Assembly (NCBI GenBank): GCA_963826785.1
Contig: CAWGYD010000006.1
Location: forward strand, 384,001 to 448,000
Direction: 5' to 3'
DNA from: an uncultured delta proteobacterium
GTDB taxonomy: Bacteria > Desulfobacterota > Desulfobacteria > Desulfobacterales > Desulfosalsimonadaceae
DNA: 64,000 nt
Positions 44,243 to 53,910 of this stretch are shown here, piece after piece. Position 1 is the first letter of the stretch; each line of letters opens with the position of its first letter. The notes under the pieces are model-generated. The model did not search any database. It was not told where the DNA came from and saw only the letters and a program-made list of their open reading frames with translations. Made by a program: the position numbers and the translations under genes.

Positions 44243-44647
44243 TTAAAACCGCGTCATTTTCCACGTGCCATCCTGTTGACGGGCGAAGGCGACGGTGTAG
44301 GTTTCGTTATTGGATGTAAATGCATACTCGGCGTAATTTTCGGTGGCATAGATCAGCTTCCGGGTCTTGAAATCGTTTCCGAAGGCGACCATGTCGGGTG
44401 CGATGATCTCGATACCGTCCCCGTAAAAGGCCCGGGATTCGGGAGACAGGGCGGTGAGCACGTTTGCGGGAACGCCGCTGACAAAGGCTGCCTCCACCTC
44501 AGCTGCGGCCGTTTTCATTTCGGCGGTTTCCCCCGGGGTCGCGGCGCCTCCGCCGGCTGCGTCATCGCCTCCTCCGCTCCCGCCGCCGCAGGCGGGGAGC
44601 GACAGCAGCATGCATGTGAAAATGATCAAAGCCCTCAACGTGTTCAT
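44243..44647 (-). CDS. Small lipoprotein of unknown function
   Basis: Lipobox LPAC, Gly linker, RBS GGAGG; stops 11 nt before the PLC-like start. Confidence 0.75.
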   Translation of the reverse strand: MNTLRALIIFTCMLLSLPACGGGSGGGDDAAGGGAATPGETAEMKTAAAEVEAAFVSGVPANVLTALSPESRAFYGDGIEIIAPDMVAFGNDFKTRKLIYATENYAEYAFTSNNETYTVAFARQQDGTWKMTRF

Positions 44648-44910
44648 AATGGTGCCTCCCTGAATTTGAATAGCGGTAATTCGTCTTAAAATGCCCCTTA
44701 TCAATTGATCATAATTTGCTTGAGTTTTTCTTCTGCAGCGGACATGCCGGAACCGATTTTATTCAAGCATCTTGTCTGTTTTCATAACGAATAACTTTGG
44801 GGATGGGCAAGTCGCTGTTTTGTCAACTTTCCAACTTTATTTGATTTTTCTTGTAGCCTTTTTGTAAACCATGTTTTAATAGGTGATCATTCTCAATTGG
44901 ATCAATAGAA

Positions 44911-46266
44911 TTGGCTCACGTGATTCCTGCTCTTTCATTTGGGGCTTTTGTAACCTGGCTGCTGGCCATTGCCATGAATGGACCGCTGCTGTCTGCCATT
45001 GGCTTGCCGGAGACAACCCCCTTTTTCCTTCCGCCCCACATCATATCCCTGTCGCTGATCGGTATTTTCTGCCCGGCCCGTCTTTTTGACAAATTTTCGC
45101 CTGCTCTATGCGTGCTCACGGTTTTGCTGACCCTGGCCCTTCCGCTGGGGGGCGTTTCCGCCGGCCCCTGCCTGCTGGCCCTTATGGGCATCGGCGGGGC
45201 ATTCGTGGCCATCAGCGCGTGCATGTCCTTGAGAAAAAGCCCCGCCCCCCTGGCCAGCGCCGCCTGCGGACTGATCATTGCCAATCTGCTGGCAATCCCC
45301 TTGATGGCTTGGCCAAAGGGCGGCTTTTGGGAATTTGCGGTGATCGCCGCACCGCTGCTTTCTATTCCCGTGATCGCCCGCCGCCCGTCGGAAGCACGCC
45401 ATGATCCGGATGCGGTCAGCCGGTGGCACTATCTGCCGTTTATCTTGATTTTTCATATGGTCAGCGGCCTGATGTACAGCTTCATCATGCCGGTTTATCA
45501 GCCGGCCGCTTACCTGCCCGGATCTGAAATTCCCTTTTACATCGTGGCCGTGGGCGCAGCGCTCCTGTTGGCGCGGAAAAATCTCGATCTGACCCTGGTG
45601 TGCGGCGTCGTCCTGGGAATGGCCGCGTTTTCGCTTCTGCAGCATCAGGACATGCGGCTGATGATCAACATGAGCATGTTTGCCATGCAGGCGTCTGTGG
45701 GATTCATCGATCTGGCCCTGCTGGCGCTGCTGCTCGGCTTTGCCAATCCCATCAGGGCTTTTGGCATCGGTCTGGGGACGGTGTGCCTGGGAATCTTCAC
45801 CGGCAAGATCCTCGCGTCTTCTCTGGCAAATCTGGCCGAACCGATCGTGGTGACCGGGCAGCTGGTCCTCAATCTGTCCATTCTGACCCTGTATGTCCTG
45901 GGCCGTTTTCATTACCGCCCGCGCACTCCGGCCGCAGAAAATGTTACCGGCCGTGACCCCTTGCCGGTCCGGACGCCTGGAGGATCAAGTCCGGATATCG
46001 GGTCAGAAGCGCACGTTTCCGTTGGATTGATTCCTTCGGGCATCCCGGAAGAAAGCATGCCCCGGATGCCGGAAAACATCCGCCTGCTGTTATCTGATCG
46101 GGAACATCTGGTGTTGACGGAGACCCTGGACGGTAAAAGTTTTCGTCAAATCGCCGAAGCGCTTTCCATCTCCGATTCGACGGTAAAGACGTATATGCGA
46201 CGGATTTATGAAAAAATGGGGGTAAAGGGAAAGAAGGAATTGTTTGAGATGCTGAGCCGGCGGTAG
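44911..46266 (+). CDS. Multi-pass membrane protein with C-terminal LuxR HTH
   Basis: About 11-12 hydrophobic segments, a Pro-rich linker, then LSDREHLVL...GKSFRQIAEALSISDSTVKTYMRRIYEKMGV. Confidence 0.85.
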   Translation: MAHVIPALSFGAFVTWLLAIAMNGPLLSAIGLPETTPFFLPPHIISLSLIGIFCPARLFDKFSPALCVLTVLLTLALPLGGVSAGPCLLALMGIGGAFVAISACMSLRKSPAPLASAACGLIIANLLAIPLMAWPKGGFWEFAVIAAPLLSIPVIARRPSEARHDPDAVSRWHYLPFILIFHMVSGLMYSFIMPVYQPAAYLPGSEIPFYIVAVGAALLLARKNLDLTLVCGVVLGMAAFSLLQHQDMRLMINMSMFAMQASVGFIDLALLALLLGFANPIRAFGIGLGTVCLGIFTGKILASSLANLAEPIVVTGQLVLNLSILTLYVLGRFHYRPRTPAAENVTGRDPLPVRTPGGSSPDIGSEAHVSVGLIPSGIPEESMPRMPENIRLLLSDREHLVLTETLDGKSFRQIAEALSISDSTVKTYMRRIYEKMGVKGKKELFEMLSRR

Positions 46267-46387
46267 CGCTTGTTTGTCAAATATCTGCCGTATCCCGGTT
46301 TAAATGGCGGGTAGATAGTCGGGCTGCAACCGGAAAGGATCAATGAAACAGATTTGAATCTGCCGCCAACGGACCTCGAGCTTCTTC

Positions 46388-47029
46388 TTATTTGCGCCCG
46401 GTGGCGAGAAACACGGGAAACCGGGCTGGTTTACCGGTGCGGCTGTGTTCTTTTTCCATAACGTGGGCGGTGGTAAACTCGACCTGCGAAAAGCCGGCCC
46501 CTTCCATCTGCCGGATCAGGACCTGCCGGTCGAATCCGTAATGGAATACGTCCGGAATCTCCCCGTGAAATCCGCCGTCCTCCGCATCCAGGTCCGCCAG
46601 GGCCAGGTATCCATCCGGGCGCAGCAGGCGGTTGAAAATGTGGAGCAGGGCGGGAATGTCCTGTACGTGATGAAGGGTCATGCTGCTGTAGACAAGGTCG
46701 AACCGGTCCTCCGGCAGCGGGTCGTTAAATAAATCGATCTGCCGGGAGGTGATGTTGCCGATGCGGTTTTCAAGGGTTTTCCGGTTTAAGGCCTCCAGCA
46801 TTTTCCCCGATGTATCCACCGCCACAATTTTGCCCACAAGCGGCGCAAGGCCAAGGGTCACCAGGCCGGTGCCGCAGCCGAATTCCATGGCCGTGGTGAC
46901 ATCAGACAGATCGACCCGGTCGGCGATCGCCCTGGCCACCGCCCGGGAAAGCGCGATGCGTTCCGGTTTTTCATCCCAGGCCGCAGCCGCCTGGTCAAAG
47001 TAGTGTTCGCCGTTTTTGTTTTCCTGCAT
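46388..47029 (-). CDS. Class I SAM-dependent methyltransferase
   Basis: MEFGCGTG, FDLVYSSMTLHH and LRPDG. Confidence 0.88.
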   Translation of the reverse strand: MQENKNGEHYFDQAAAAWDEKPERIALSRAVARAIADRVDLSDVTTAMEFGCGTGLVTLGLAPLVGKIVAVDTSGKMLEALNRKTLENRIGNITSRQIDLFNDPLPEDRFDLVYSSMTLHHVQDIPALLHIFNRLLRPDGYLALADLDAEDGGFHGEIPDVFHYGFDRQVLIRQMEGAGFSQVEFTTAHVMEKEHSRTGKPARFPVFLATGRK

Positions 47030-47189
47030 GTATCGTCCCCCTGTGAAACTGAGTGTGAAGTCTCTTTTTGAATATTACCCCTTGAAGCCGGGTTGAACAA
47101 GTCTTCAAACCTTAGCGATTGACCTTGTCCAAGCTTTGTTTTATGACCGAATAATTGAGGATACGGTAACTCAACTGAGAATATGTGCC

Positions 47190-47693
47190 ATGATTATCAT
47201 TGATTTTGAGGCCTCCAGCCTGCGCAAAAACTCCCACCCCATCGAGGTGGCCTGGGGGGAGAGCACTAAAGCCATTGAGTCGTATCTTTTGAATCCGGAC
47301 CACATGGCTGGCTGGACGGACTGGAGCCCCCAAAGCGTTGAATACCACGGGCTGACCTTGGATGAGCTGCGCCGGTGCGGCAAAGACCCACGGCTTGTCG
47401 CACAGAAAATGGTGGAAGCGCTTTCGGGTAAAGCGGTCTACTCCGATGAACCCCTGTACGACACCCGGTGGAAAAACCGCCTGCTGGCGGACGCCGGATA
47501 CGACCCCCACCGGGTGCGGATCAAGGATTTAAATCTCTACTTAAACCACCAACTCAAAGCCAAAGACCCCTGCAAAACCATAACCGACTATGTCTGCACC
47601 TTCACCTGCAGCGAAAACCGCCGCCACCGGGCCGCCGCCGATGTGCTCTGGCTGCTGGAGTTCGTGAAATACATTAAGGACACCTGCGGATAA
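47190..47693 (+). CDS. Stand-alone DEDDh (DnaQ-like) 3'-5' exonuclease
   Basis: IIIDFEASS, PIEVAW, YHGL, SDEPLYD and HRAAAD. Confidence 0.75.
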   Translation: MIIIDFEASSLRKNSHPIEVAWGESTKAIESYLLNPDHMAGWTDWSPQSVEYHGLTLDELRRCGKDPRLVAQKMVEALSGKAVYSDEPLYDTRWKNRLLADAGYDPHRVRIKDLNLYLNHQLKAKDPCKTITDYVCTFTCSENRRHRAAADVLWLLEFVKYIKDTCG

Positions 47694-47780
47694 GCCCCAC
47701 ATATCTGCCCGCGATCCTGAATTAGGATTTAAATACAGCTCATTTTATACGATTTTTAACGGTATTCAAGGAGGGAAAAA

Positions 47781-48560
47781 ATGACATTCAACGAAATTCT
47801 GTTTTCAACTGAAGGCCCGATCGCCACCCTTACCTTAAATAGCCCGAAGACAATAAATGCGCTTTCCAAAAAAATGATTGAAGAAATGATTGATGCCTTA
47901 ACGCGGGTATCCTCTGATGAATCGATTAAGGTAATCATCATAAAAGCCGCTGGCAAAAACTTCTGTGCAGGACATAATCTGTCTGAAATGGTTGATTCAG
48001 GAGTTAAAGAGTATAAATTCATCTTTGATCAGTGCACCAAAATGATGCAATTGATTCACGAAATACCGCAGCCGGTCATTGCGCAGGTACAGGGAATTGC
48101 GACTGCCGCCGGATGCCAACTGGCCGCATGGTGTGATCTGGTTATCGCAAGCGAAGATGCAAAATTTTCAACACCGGGGGTTAAAATCGGACTTTTTTGC
48201 TCAACGCCTATGGTTGCAGTATCAAGAGCTGTCGGACGTAAAATGGCGATGGAAATGCTTTTAACCGGACGGGAGTTTCCAGCACAGGAAGCAAAAGAAC
48301 TTGGTTTGGTCAATAGAGTCGTTTCACTGGAAGAACTGGATTCCATAACAAAGGAGTTGGCCAAAAAAATCAGCGAAGCGAGTCGTTTTGCTCTGAGCAT
48401 CGGGAAACAAGGATTTTACGCCCAGGTGGATCAGGCTGATGATAAAGCATTTCATTTCGCCAAACATACCATCGTTCTGAATAATTTATCAGAAGATGCT
48501 CAAAACGGAATCAAAGGTTTTTTAGAAAAGAAACCCTCAATAAAATGGAAAGATCGGTAA
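47781..48560 (+). CDS. Enoyl-CoA hydratase/isomerase family protein
   Basis: FCAGHNL, PQPVIAQVQGIATAAGCQL and GLFCSTP. Confidence 0.9.
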   Translation: MTFNEILFSTEGPIATLTLNSPKTINALSKKMIEEMIDALTRVSSDESIKVIIIKAAGKNFCAGHNLSEMVDSGVKEYKFIFDQCTKMMQLIHEIPQPVIAQVQGIATAAGCQLAAWCDLVIASEDAKFSTPGVKIGLFCSTPMVAVSRAVGRKMAMEMLLTGREFPAQEAKELGLVNRVVSLEELDSITKELAKKISEASRFALSIGKQGFYAQVDQADDKAFHFAKHTIVLNNLSEDAQNGIKGFLEKKPSIKWKDR

Positions 48561-48569
48561 GGAAAAAGT

Positions 48570-48723
48570 GGGACGCCCTTTATATTTTACATTTTCAAAT
48601 CCGATCATCGTATTGCTCTCAAGAGAACGAATGTCGATGCAACTCCGAATAGATGCGCAGGCGCGCTGCACCACATCATTGCCCTGTCGCGTTTATTAAA
48701 TATAAAAATATAAAGGGCGTCCC
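48570..48723. mobile_element. 154-bp non-autonomous element with 19-bp perfect inverted ends and a decayed RAYT/Y1 transposase start
   Basis: GGGACGCCCTTTATATTTT (48570-48588) and AAAATATAAAGGGCGTCCC (48705-48723); 48631-48686 reads MSMQLRIDA/GALHHIIA with one frameshift. Confidence 0.7.
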
Positions 48724-48745
48724 TCTCTGGAGGAGTTTTAACTTG

Positions 48746-49960
48746 ATGATTCAACAGCATGATAGTGACTATCAAGCATCGACGAAGATACTCCCCTTAA
48801 AACCAAACGATTTGCTGGTTTATGTTATGGCTGTCGCATCCGGCGTGGCCGTGGCGAATCTTTATTACGCGCAACCGCTGCTGCACACGCTGGCTCAAAG
48901 CTTCGGTACCTCCGAAGGCAAAACCGGTCTTATTGTCACGATGACGCAGTTAGGCTACGTCATCGGCCTCGGGCTGATCGTGCCGCTCGGTGATCTGCTT
49001 GAACGACGGAGACTAATCACGGTCGTTTCCACAGGAACAGCGGTGGCGCTGGCCGGCGCCGCCATCTCGCCAGGCATTGGTTCTTTCCTGCTTGCATGCC
49101 TGGCAATCGGCCTTACGTCGGTAGTCGCACAAGTGCTGGTGCCATTTGCTGCGACCATGGCCGCGGACGCGCAGCGCGGTGCCGTCATAGGTCGGGTTAT
49201 GGCAGGCCTGCTGCTTGGTATTCTGCTGGCTCGTACGGTTTCTGGATTCATTGCTGACGCTTTTGGCTGGCGCGTGGTATTCGGGCTGGCGGCCGTAAGC
49301 ATGATCGTTCAAGCTGCCGTGCTGTGGAGGATGTTGCCACAGAGCCAAGGTGAGACCCGTATGTCATATACGGCCCTGATTGGCTCGGTGATTCTTTTGT
49401 TTCGTGATGAGCCATTGCTAAGACGGCGTATCGTTTACGGGGCCTTGGGTTTTGCAGCCTTTAGCGTATTCTGGACCGCCCTGGCATTTCTTCTCGCGCG
49501 ACCACCCTATGGGTACAATGACTCGATCATTGGCTTGTTTGGCCTGGTCGGCGCTGCTGGCGCCCTGAGCGCAAGCTTCGCAGGGCACATTCATGACCAT
49601 GGCGGCACACGGATAGGCACCGGGGTATTGATAGCGCTGGTCGTTCTCGCGTTTGCGATCATGGGTGTTTTTAGTACGCACCTTACCGCCATCATCGTCG
49701 GTGTCGTACTGCTTGATATTGGCCAGCAAGGCACGCACATCCTGAACCAGAGCGTCATTTACACGCTGAACCCCGAGGCGAGAAGCCGAATAACGACAGC
49801 GTACATGACCTGCTTTTTCTTCGGAGGTGTTGTCGGGTCTGCGTCATCGGGTTATGTGTTTGAGCTTAGTGGCTGGCCAGGCGTCGCGCTGCTGGGCGGC
49901 ATGTTTGGAGGAATCTCGTTTCTATACTGGCTCACAGAACTCGGTACTCGCCGTGTGTGA
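48746..49960 (+). CDS. MFS transporter
   Basis: ANLYYAQPLL, PLGDLLERRRL and LARTVSG; about 12 TM; RBS GGAGGAG. Confidence 0.9.
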   Translation: MIQQHDSDYQASTKILPLKPNDLLVYVMAVASGVAVANLYYAQPLLHTLAQSFGTSEGKTGLIVTMTQLGYVIGLGLIVPLGDLLERRRLITVVSTGTAVALAGAAISPGIGSFLLACLAIGLTSVVAQVLVPFAATMAADAQRGAVIGRVMAGLLLGILLARTVSGFIADAFGWRVVFGLAAVSMIVQAAVLWRMLPQSQGETRMSYTALIGSVILLFRDEPLLRRRIVYGALGFAAFSVFWTALAFLLARPPYGYNDSIIGLFGLVGAAGALSASFAGHIHDHGGTRIGTGVLIALVVLAFAIMGVFSTHLTAIIVGVVLLDIGQQGTHILNQSVIYTLNPEARSRITTAYMTCFFFGGVVGSASSGYVFELSGWPGVALLGGMFGGISFLYWLTELGTRRV

Positions 49961-50042
49961 AGCTGCACTCGGCTGCTTTGACGAAATAGACATCCAACCA
50001 ATGAAATCCGGTTCGCGCACCCGTGGTTGAGGAAAAGCCGCC

Positions 50043-50705
50043 CTATTCGAACTGCCGTTTGAATGTCTCGAATGCCTCCTGCAGGGCGTCCAGCCGCCGG
50101 GTCAATTCCTCAACCCTTTCTTCGAGCGCTTCCATCCGCTGGCCGGTTCCCGTCCGGGCCGGTCCGTCGGCTGCCACATAGGGGGTTTCCTGCAGGGCCG
50201 CCTCGTCGATGTCCCCAAAAAGATGTGCAAAGCGGTGTTCTTTGCGGCCGGGAAGGCGGGGAAGCCGGGTGACGAACGGTCCTTTTTCATGATTCATCAG
50301 TTTCTGGAGGTTAAACTCCACCTCAGGGAGGCTTTCGAACTCGATGAGCCGGGTGGTGCGGGACCGCAGTTCACCAGGGGTCTGGGGGCCGCGCAGCAGC
50401 AGTTCGCATATGATCGCCTGTTCGCGCCGGGAAAAATCGGCGGTCTCCTTCAGGTTGTGCTCGTATTTGGGAACACGGCTGCCGTGGGTGGCGATCTGCC
50501 AGACCAGGTGTGCGCCGCGAAGGGTATTGAGCGCACTTTCAACATCCGCGTCGTTGAGGTTCATCACCGGTGCCCGGTTGGTCTTCTGGTTGCAGGCATT
50601 GATCAGTGCATTGAAGGTCATGGGGTAATAATCCGGGGTGGACATTTCCTTTTCGATGAGCACCCCCAGGATTCTTTGTTCAACAGGACTTAATTTTATT
50701 TCCAT
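50043..50705 (-). CDS. YceH/DUF480 family protein
   Basis: RILGVLIEK, TPDYYP, ACNQKTNR and LLLRGPQTPGEL. Confidence 0.88.
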   Translation of the reverse strand: MEIKLSPVEQRILGVLIEKEMSTPDYYPMTFNALINACNQKTNRAPVMNLNDADVESALNTLRGAHLVWQIATHGSRVPKYEHNLKETADFSRREQAIICELLLRGPQTPGELRSRTTRLIEFESLPEVEFNLQKLMNHEKGPFVTRLPRLPGRKEHRFAHLFGDIDEAALQETPYVAADGPARTGTGQRMEALEERVEELTRRLDALQEAFETFKRQFE

Positions 50706-50761
50706 GTCTGGTATTTTCCGTCTAAATCATCATTTAACGTCCATTTATGGATCGGCGCTCA

Positions 50762-51460
50762 TCATTTTTCACATCCCGAATCCGGGGGAAGGCCGGTTTG
50801 TGCGGCCGCCCGGGTGGCCAGATAGTCGCATCGTTCGTTTTCCGTATTGCCCGCATGCCCTTTGACCCAGATGAATTGGACCTCGTGGGTGTCGATCAGG
50901 TCGAGCAGCCGTGCCCACAGATCGGCATTCAAGGCCGGTTTGCCGTCCCACTTCACCCAATTTTTCGACCGCCATTTGATCGCCCACTTCTTGTTGACCG
51001 CATCGACCACGTATTTCGAATCGCTGTACAGGGTCACCCGGGAGGGGGTTTTAATGGATTGAAGCCCGGCGATGCAGGCAAAAAGCTCCATCCGGTTGTT
51101 GGTGGTCCGGCAGAAGCCGCCCGACAGCTCCTTTCGATTGCCGCCATCGAGGATCACCGCCCCGTAACCGCCAGGGCCGGGATTGCAGCTGCATCCGCCG
51201 TCCGTATAAATGATGATGTCGCCTTCACGGGCGGAAACCGGCGGCGCCGGCGCCTTTTTTACTGACCGTTTGGGAGAAGCGGCATCCCTGTCCGGCGCCT
51301 CCATCCACTGCTTTGCTTCATGAAGGGTATAAAACCCTTTAAACCGCGCGCCTGCGACCCCCCGCACCTGCGCCTCGGCCCCTTTCTCCCCGAACCACTC
51401 GGTATAGATGCCCGGGACATGCCCCCGGGCAACCGCATAAAATTTTTTCCTGCTGGCCAT
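50762..51460 (-). CDS. rnhA: Ribonuclease HI with N-terminal hybrid-binding domain
   Basis: [14 protein letters not shown]...[21 protein letters not shown] and [15 protein letters not shown]. Confidence 0.93.
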   Translation of the reverse strand: MASRKKFYAVARGHVPGIYTEWFGEKGAEAQVRGVAGARFKGFYTLHEAKQWMEAPDRDAASPKRSVKKAPAPPVSAREGDIIIYTDGGCSCNPGPGGYGAVILDGGNRKELSGGFCRTTNNRMELFACIAGLQSIKTPSRVTLYSDSKYVVDAVNKKWAIKWRSKNWVKWDGKPALNADLWARLLDLIDTHEVQFIWVKGHAGNTENERCDYLATRAAAQTGLPPDSGCEK

Positions 51461-51809
51461 CTCAAATCTCCGGTCGGATTCTTACCATTTCACGAGGGTG
51501 CTGCGTTTGTCGATGCTTTTTATCACAAAAAGGGCATGGGAGACAGAGGGATTCAAAAATGGATGCGGGAAATCTTCTATTGGTGGTTTCCGCAACATAT
51601 GTGGGTTTATTTTTTCTTGACAGCCTTGAATTCGAAATGAGTATACAATTGTATATCAGCAAAAGCGTTTTCATGGGACATTTGAAGAGAAGTCCCTTTT
51701 GGAAAAAGGGGATTTTGACGCACCGGAATTTGGTGGGGCTTTCCCGCAAAGACGGGATCCGGTGATCAATGGCTATTTTTTACAGCTTCAGCAAGATTGG
51801 AGATCAATC

Positions 51810-52286
51810 ATGAGAAAAACAAATCCGTGCCTTTATTTATTCCTGCTTCCGGCTGTCTTTTTAAGCGTCGCTTTGCCGCTGCATGCCGAAGAAAATTCCG
51901 GATTATCCGCGGGGCAGGCCCTCTATGTGCCGGTCTACTCCCATATTTACAGCGGCAATCAAGAAATGCCTTTTTTGCTGACGGTGACGTTGAGCATCAG
52001 GAATATCGATCCGAAGAACTCTTTTAAAATCACCCGGGTCGATTATTTTGATTCAAAGGGGAAGCTTCTGGAGAAATATTTAAGCAATGCGGTTGATTTA
52101 GGACCTATGGAATCAATACGATATGTTGTGCCGCAAAAAGAGAACAAAGGCGGGTCCGGGGCCAATTTCATCGTCGAATGGAAATCCGGCCGACCAATGA
52201 ACCCGCCGATTGTGGAATCCGTCATGATTGGAACACAATCTCAGCAGGGTGTTTCTTTTACCTCCCGCGGCCGGGAAATCAAATGA
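51810..52286 (+). CDS. DUF3124 secreted protein
   Basis: LYVPVYSHIY, TLSIRN, GGSGANFIVEW and GVSFTSRG. Confidence 0.85.
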   Translation: MRKTNPCLYLFLLPAVFLSVALPLHAEENSGLSAGQALYVPVYSHIYSGNQEMPFLLTVTLSIRNIDPKNSFKITRVDYFDSKGKLLEKYLSNAVDLGPMESIRYVVPQKENKGGSGANFIVEWKSGRPMNPPIVESVMIGTQSQQGVSFTSRGREIK

Positions 52287-52379
52287 GGGGCGGGCGTATC
52301 TGAGGGCCATCCCGGAAAGTCCGGTTTTCAGTTTTTCCGGGATGGCGGTAAACAGGACCGCAATTGAGCGACTGAGGGA

Positions 52380-53018
52380 TCAATCCCGGTCGCCGCCGCC
52401 TTCGCCCCCCTCCATGCCTTCGCCGCCTTCGAATCCCTCGCCGCCCTCGAAGCCTTCACTCCCATCGAAACCCACATCCGGCCCGATTTCGTCACCCGGA
52501 TAAAAACCCATATAAGGGCCGTAATAATAGGGACCACCGTACCACATCCAGTCTGTTGCTTCTCGCTGGGGCCTCCATAAATGAATTTCACGGACAAGGA
52601 GCACCGGATACCGGTAATTCATCTGTCCGATCTTATGGGTTTCTTCTCCTTCGATGGAACCGGCAACGGATACCGGTTTTCCCGGGCGGTAAAGTGCCGG
52701 GTCGAGGTATTTATTCGTTTTGGCGATAAAGCGCCCTTCGGATTCCGTCGCATATTCCGGCCGGTCACTGCTGTCGAGCGGCATCTTGAGAACATAAAGA
52801 TCCGTGCCATCCGCCATATTCTTCACCCGGATAACGGTTCCGCCCCAGATCACGACATCGCCCTTGTACTGGTCCGGGTTTTCCGTAACCATGGGGGCGC
52901 TGATGTCCTGCGCCTCATCCTGCAGCGATTTTGAAAAGGGTGTGCTGGCACAGCCGGATGCCAGCGCCATGACCATCAAACCCAACAGCGCATAATAGAT
53001 CGGCTTTCCTGATTTCAT
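52380..53018 (-). CDS. Slp-family outer-membrane lipoprotein with G/E-repeat tail
   Basis: Lipobox ASGC; VIWGG, GRFIA, YLDPALY, YRYPVL and IHLW. Confidence 0.85.
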   Translation of the reverse strand: MKSGKPIYYALLGLMVMALASGCASTPFSKSLQDEAQDISAPMVTENPDQYKGDVVIWGGTVIRVKNMADGTDLYVLKMPLDSSDRPEYATESEGRFIAKTNKYLDPALYRPGKPVSVAGSIEGEETHKIGQMNYRYPVLLVREIHLWRPQREATDWMWYGGPYYYGPYMGFYPGDEIGPDVGFDGSEGFEGGEGFEGGEGMEGGEGGGDRD

Positions 53019-53367
53019 AACGCCATCCTCCCTTTGGTTGACAGGCTCAACGCGCACTGCCGTTTCCGAAGACGCCGATCTGCCGGGGCCGGCATCCTTT
53101 CGGGCACGGCTTCGATGTAAATGTTTCACAAATCTTGTACCACGCCATGTCGGCTTGTCAAAAAAAGGATTCACTTTACTTCACAGGGTCCGCCCATGAG
53201 GCCCGGCGCGACGTTGCCGCGCAAAATGAACCAGGAGTCGATGAATGCGCTGACATCAACCTATGCCTGCTGGCACATACCTTTCGGCTGCAGTTTGCCT
53301 CCGGCATCTTTGGTCCTTATTATAGTGTCATTTTCATCACCAACCCTAAATTTCGGAGGAAAATTCA

Positions 53368-53910
53368 ATGGCCGGACAATCGAAAGAGGAACGCAGGCAG
53401 AATGTCATCGATGTGCTCAACGAAGCAAGGGAGATGGAACTGTTTGCCATCAGCCAGTACATGAACCAGCACTATGGCCTCGATGACATGGACTACGGGG
53501 AGCTGGCGAAAAATATCAAGCTGATTGCCATCGATGAAATGCGCCATGCGGAAATGTTTGCCGAGCGGATCAAGGAACTCGCCGGGGAGCCGGTGGCCGG
53601 ATTTGGGCGAAAAGTCGAAAGACGCCAGAAGGTCGAGCAGCTGTTTCCTTTCAATTTCGACCTGGAGGACGATACGGTGGACAGGTACAACCAGTTCCAG
53701 CTGGTGTGCCGGGAAAACGGGGACAGCACCACCATGAAGCTCTTTGAGGAAATCATCGATGAAGAGCAGGAACACCTGAACTATTTCGACAACATCAGCA
53801 GCCACATCAAGGAACTCGGCGACGCCTATCTCGCCCGCATCGCCGGCACCCCGGCCAGCACCGGCGGGTATTCAAAATCGTTTATCAACATGCAGGGCGC
53901 AGCAGAATAA
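53368..53910 (+). CDS. Bacterioferritin / ferritin-like protein
   Basis: ELFAISQYMNQH, IDEMRHAE and EEQEH di-iron motifs. Confidence 0.85.
   Translation: MAGQSKEERRQNVIDVLNEAREMELFAISQYMNQHYGLDDMDYGELAKNIKLIAIDEMRHAEMFAERIKELAGEPVAGFGRKVERRQKVEQLFPFNFDLEDDTVDRYNQFQLVCRENGDSTTMKLFEEIIDEEQEHLNYFDNISSHIKELGDAYLARIAGTPASTGGYSKSFINMQGAAE

Noticed and set aside
49990..50035. attC-like site after the MFS gene (ATCCAAC...GTTGAGG)
   Set aside because: Too short, imperfect core, no inner inverted repeats and no integrase.
50762..51460. Viral origin of the RNase H N-terminal domain
   Set aside because: The hybrid-binding domain fusion is a well-known bacterial RNase HI architecture.
53271..53286. Sigma54 promoter for the ferritin-like gene (TGGCACATACCTTTC)
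   Set aside because: The invariant -12 GC is replaced by TC.
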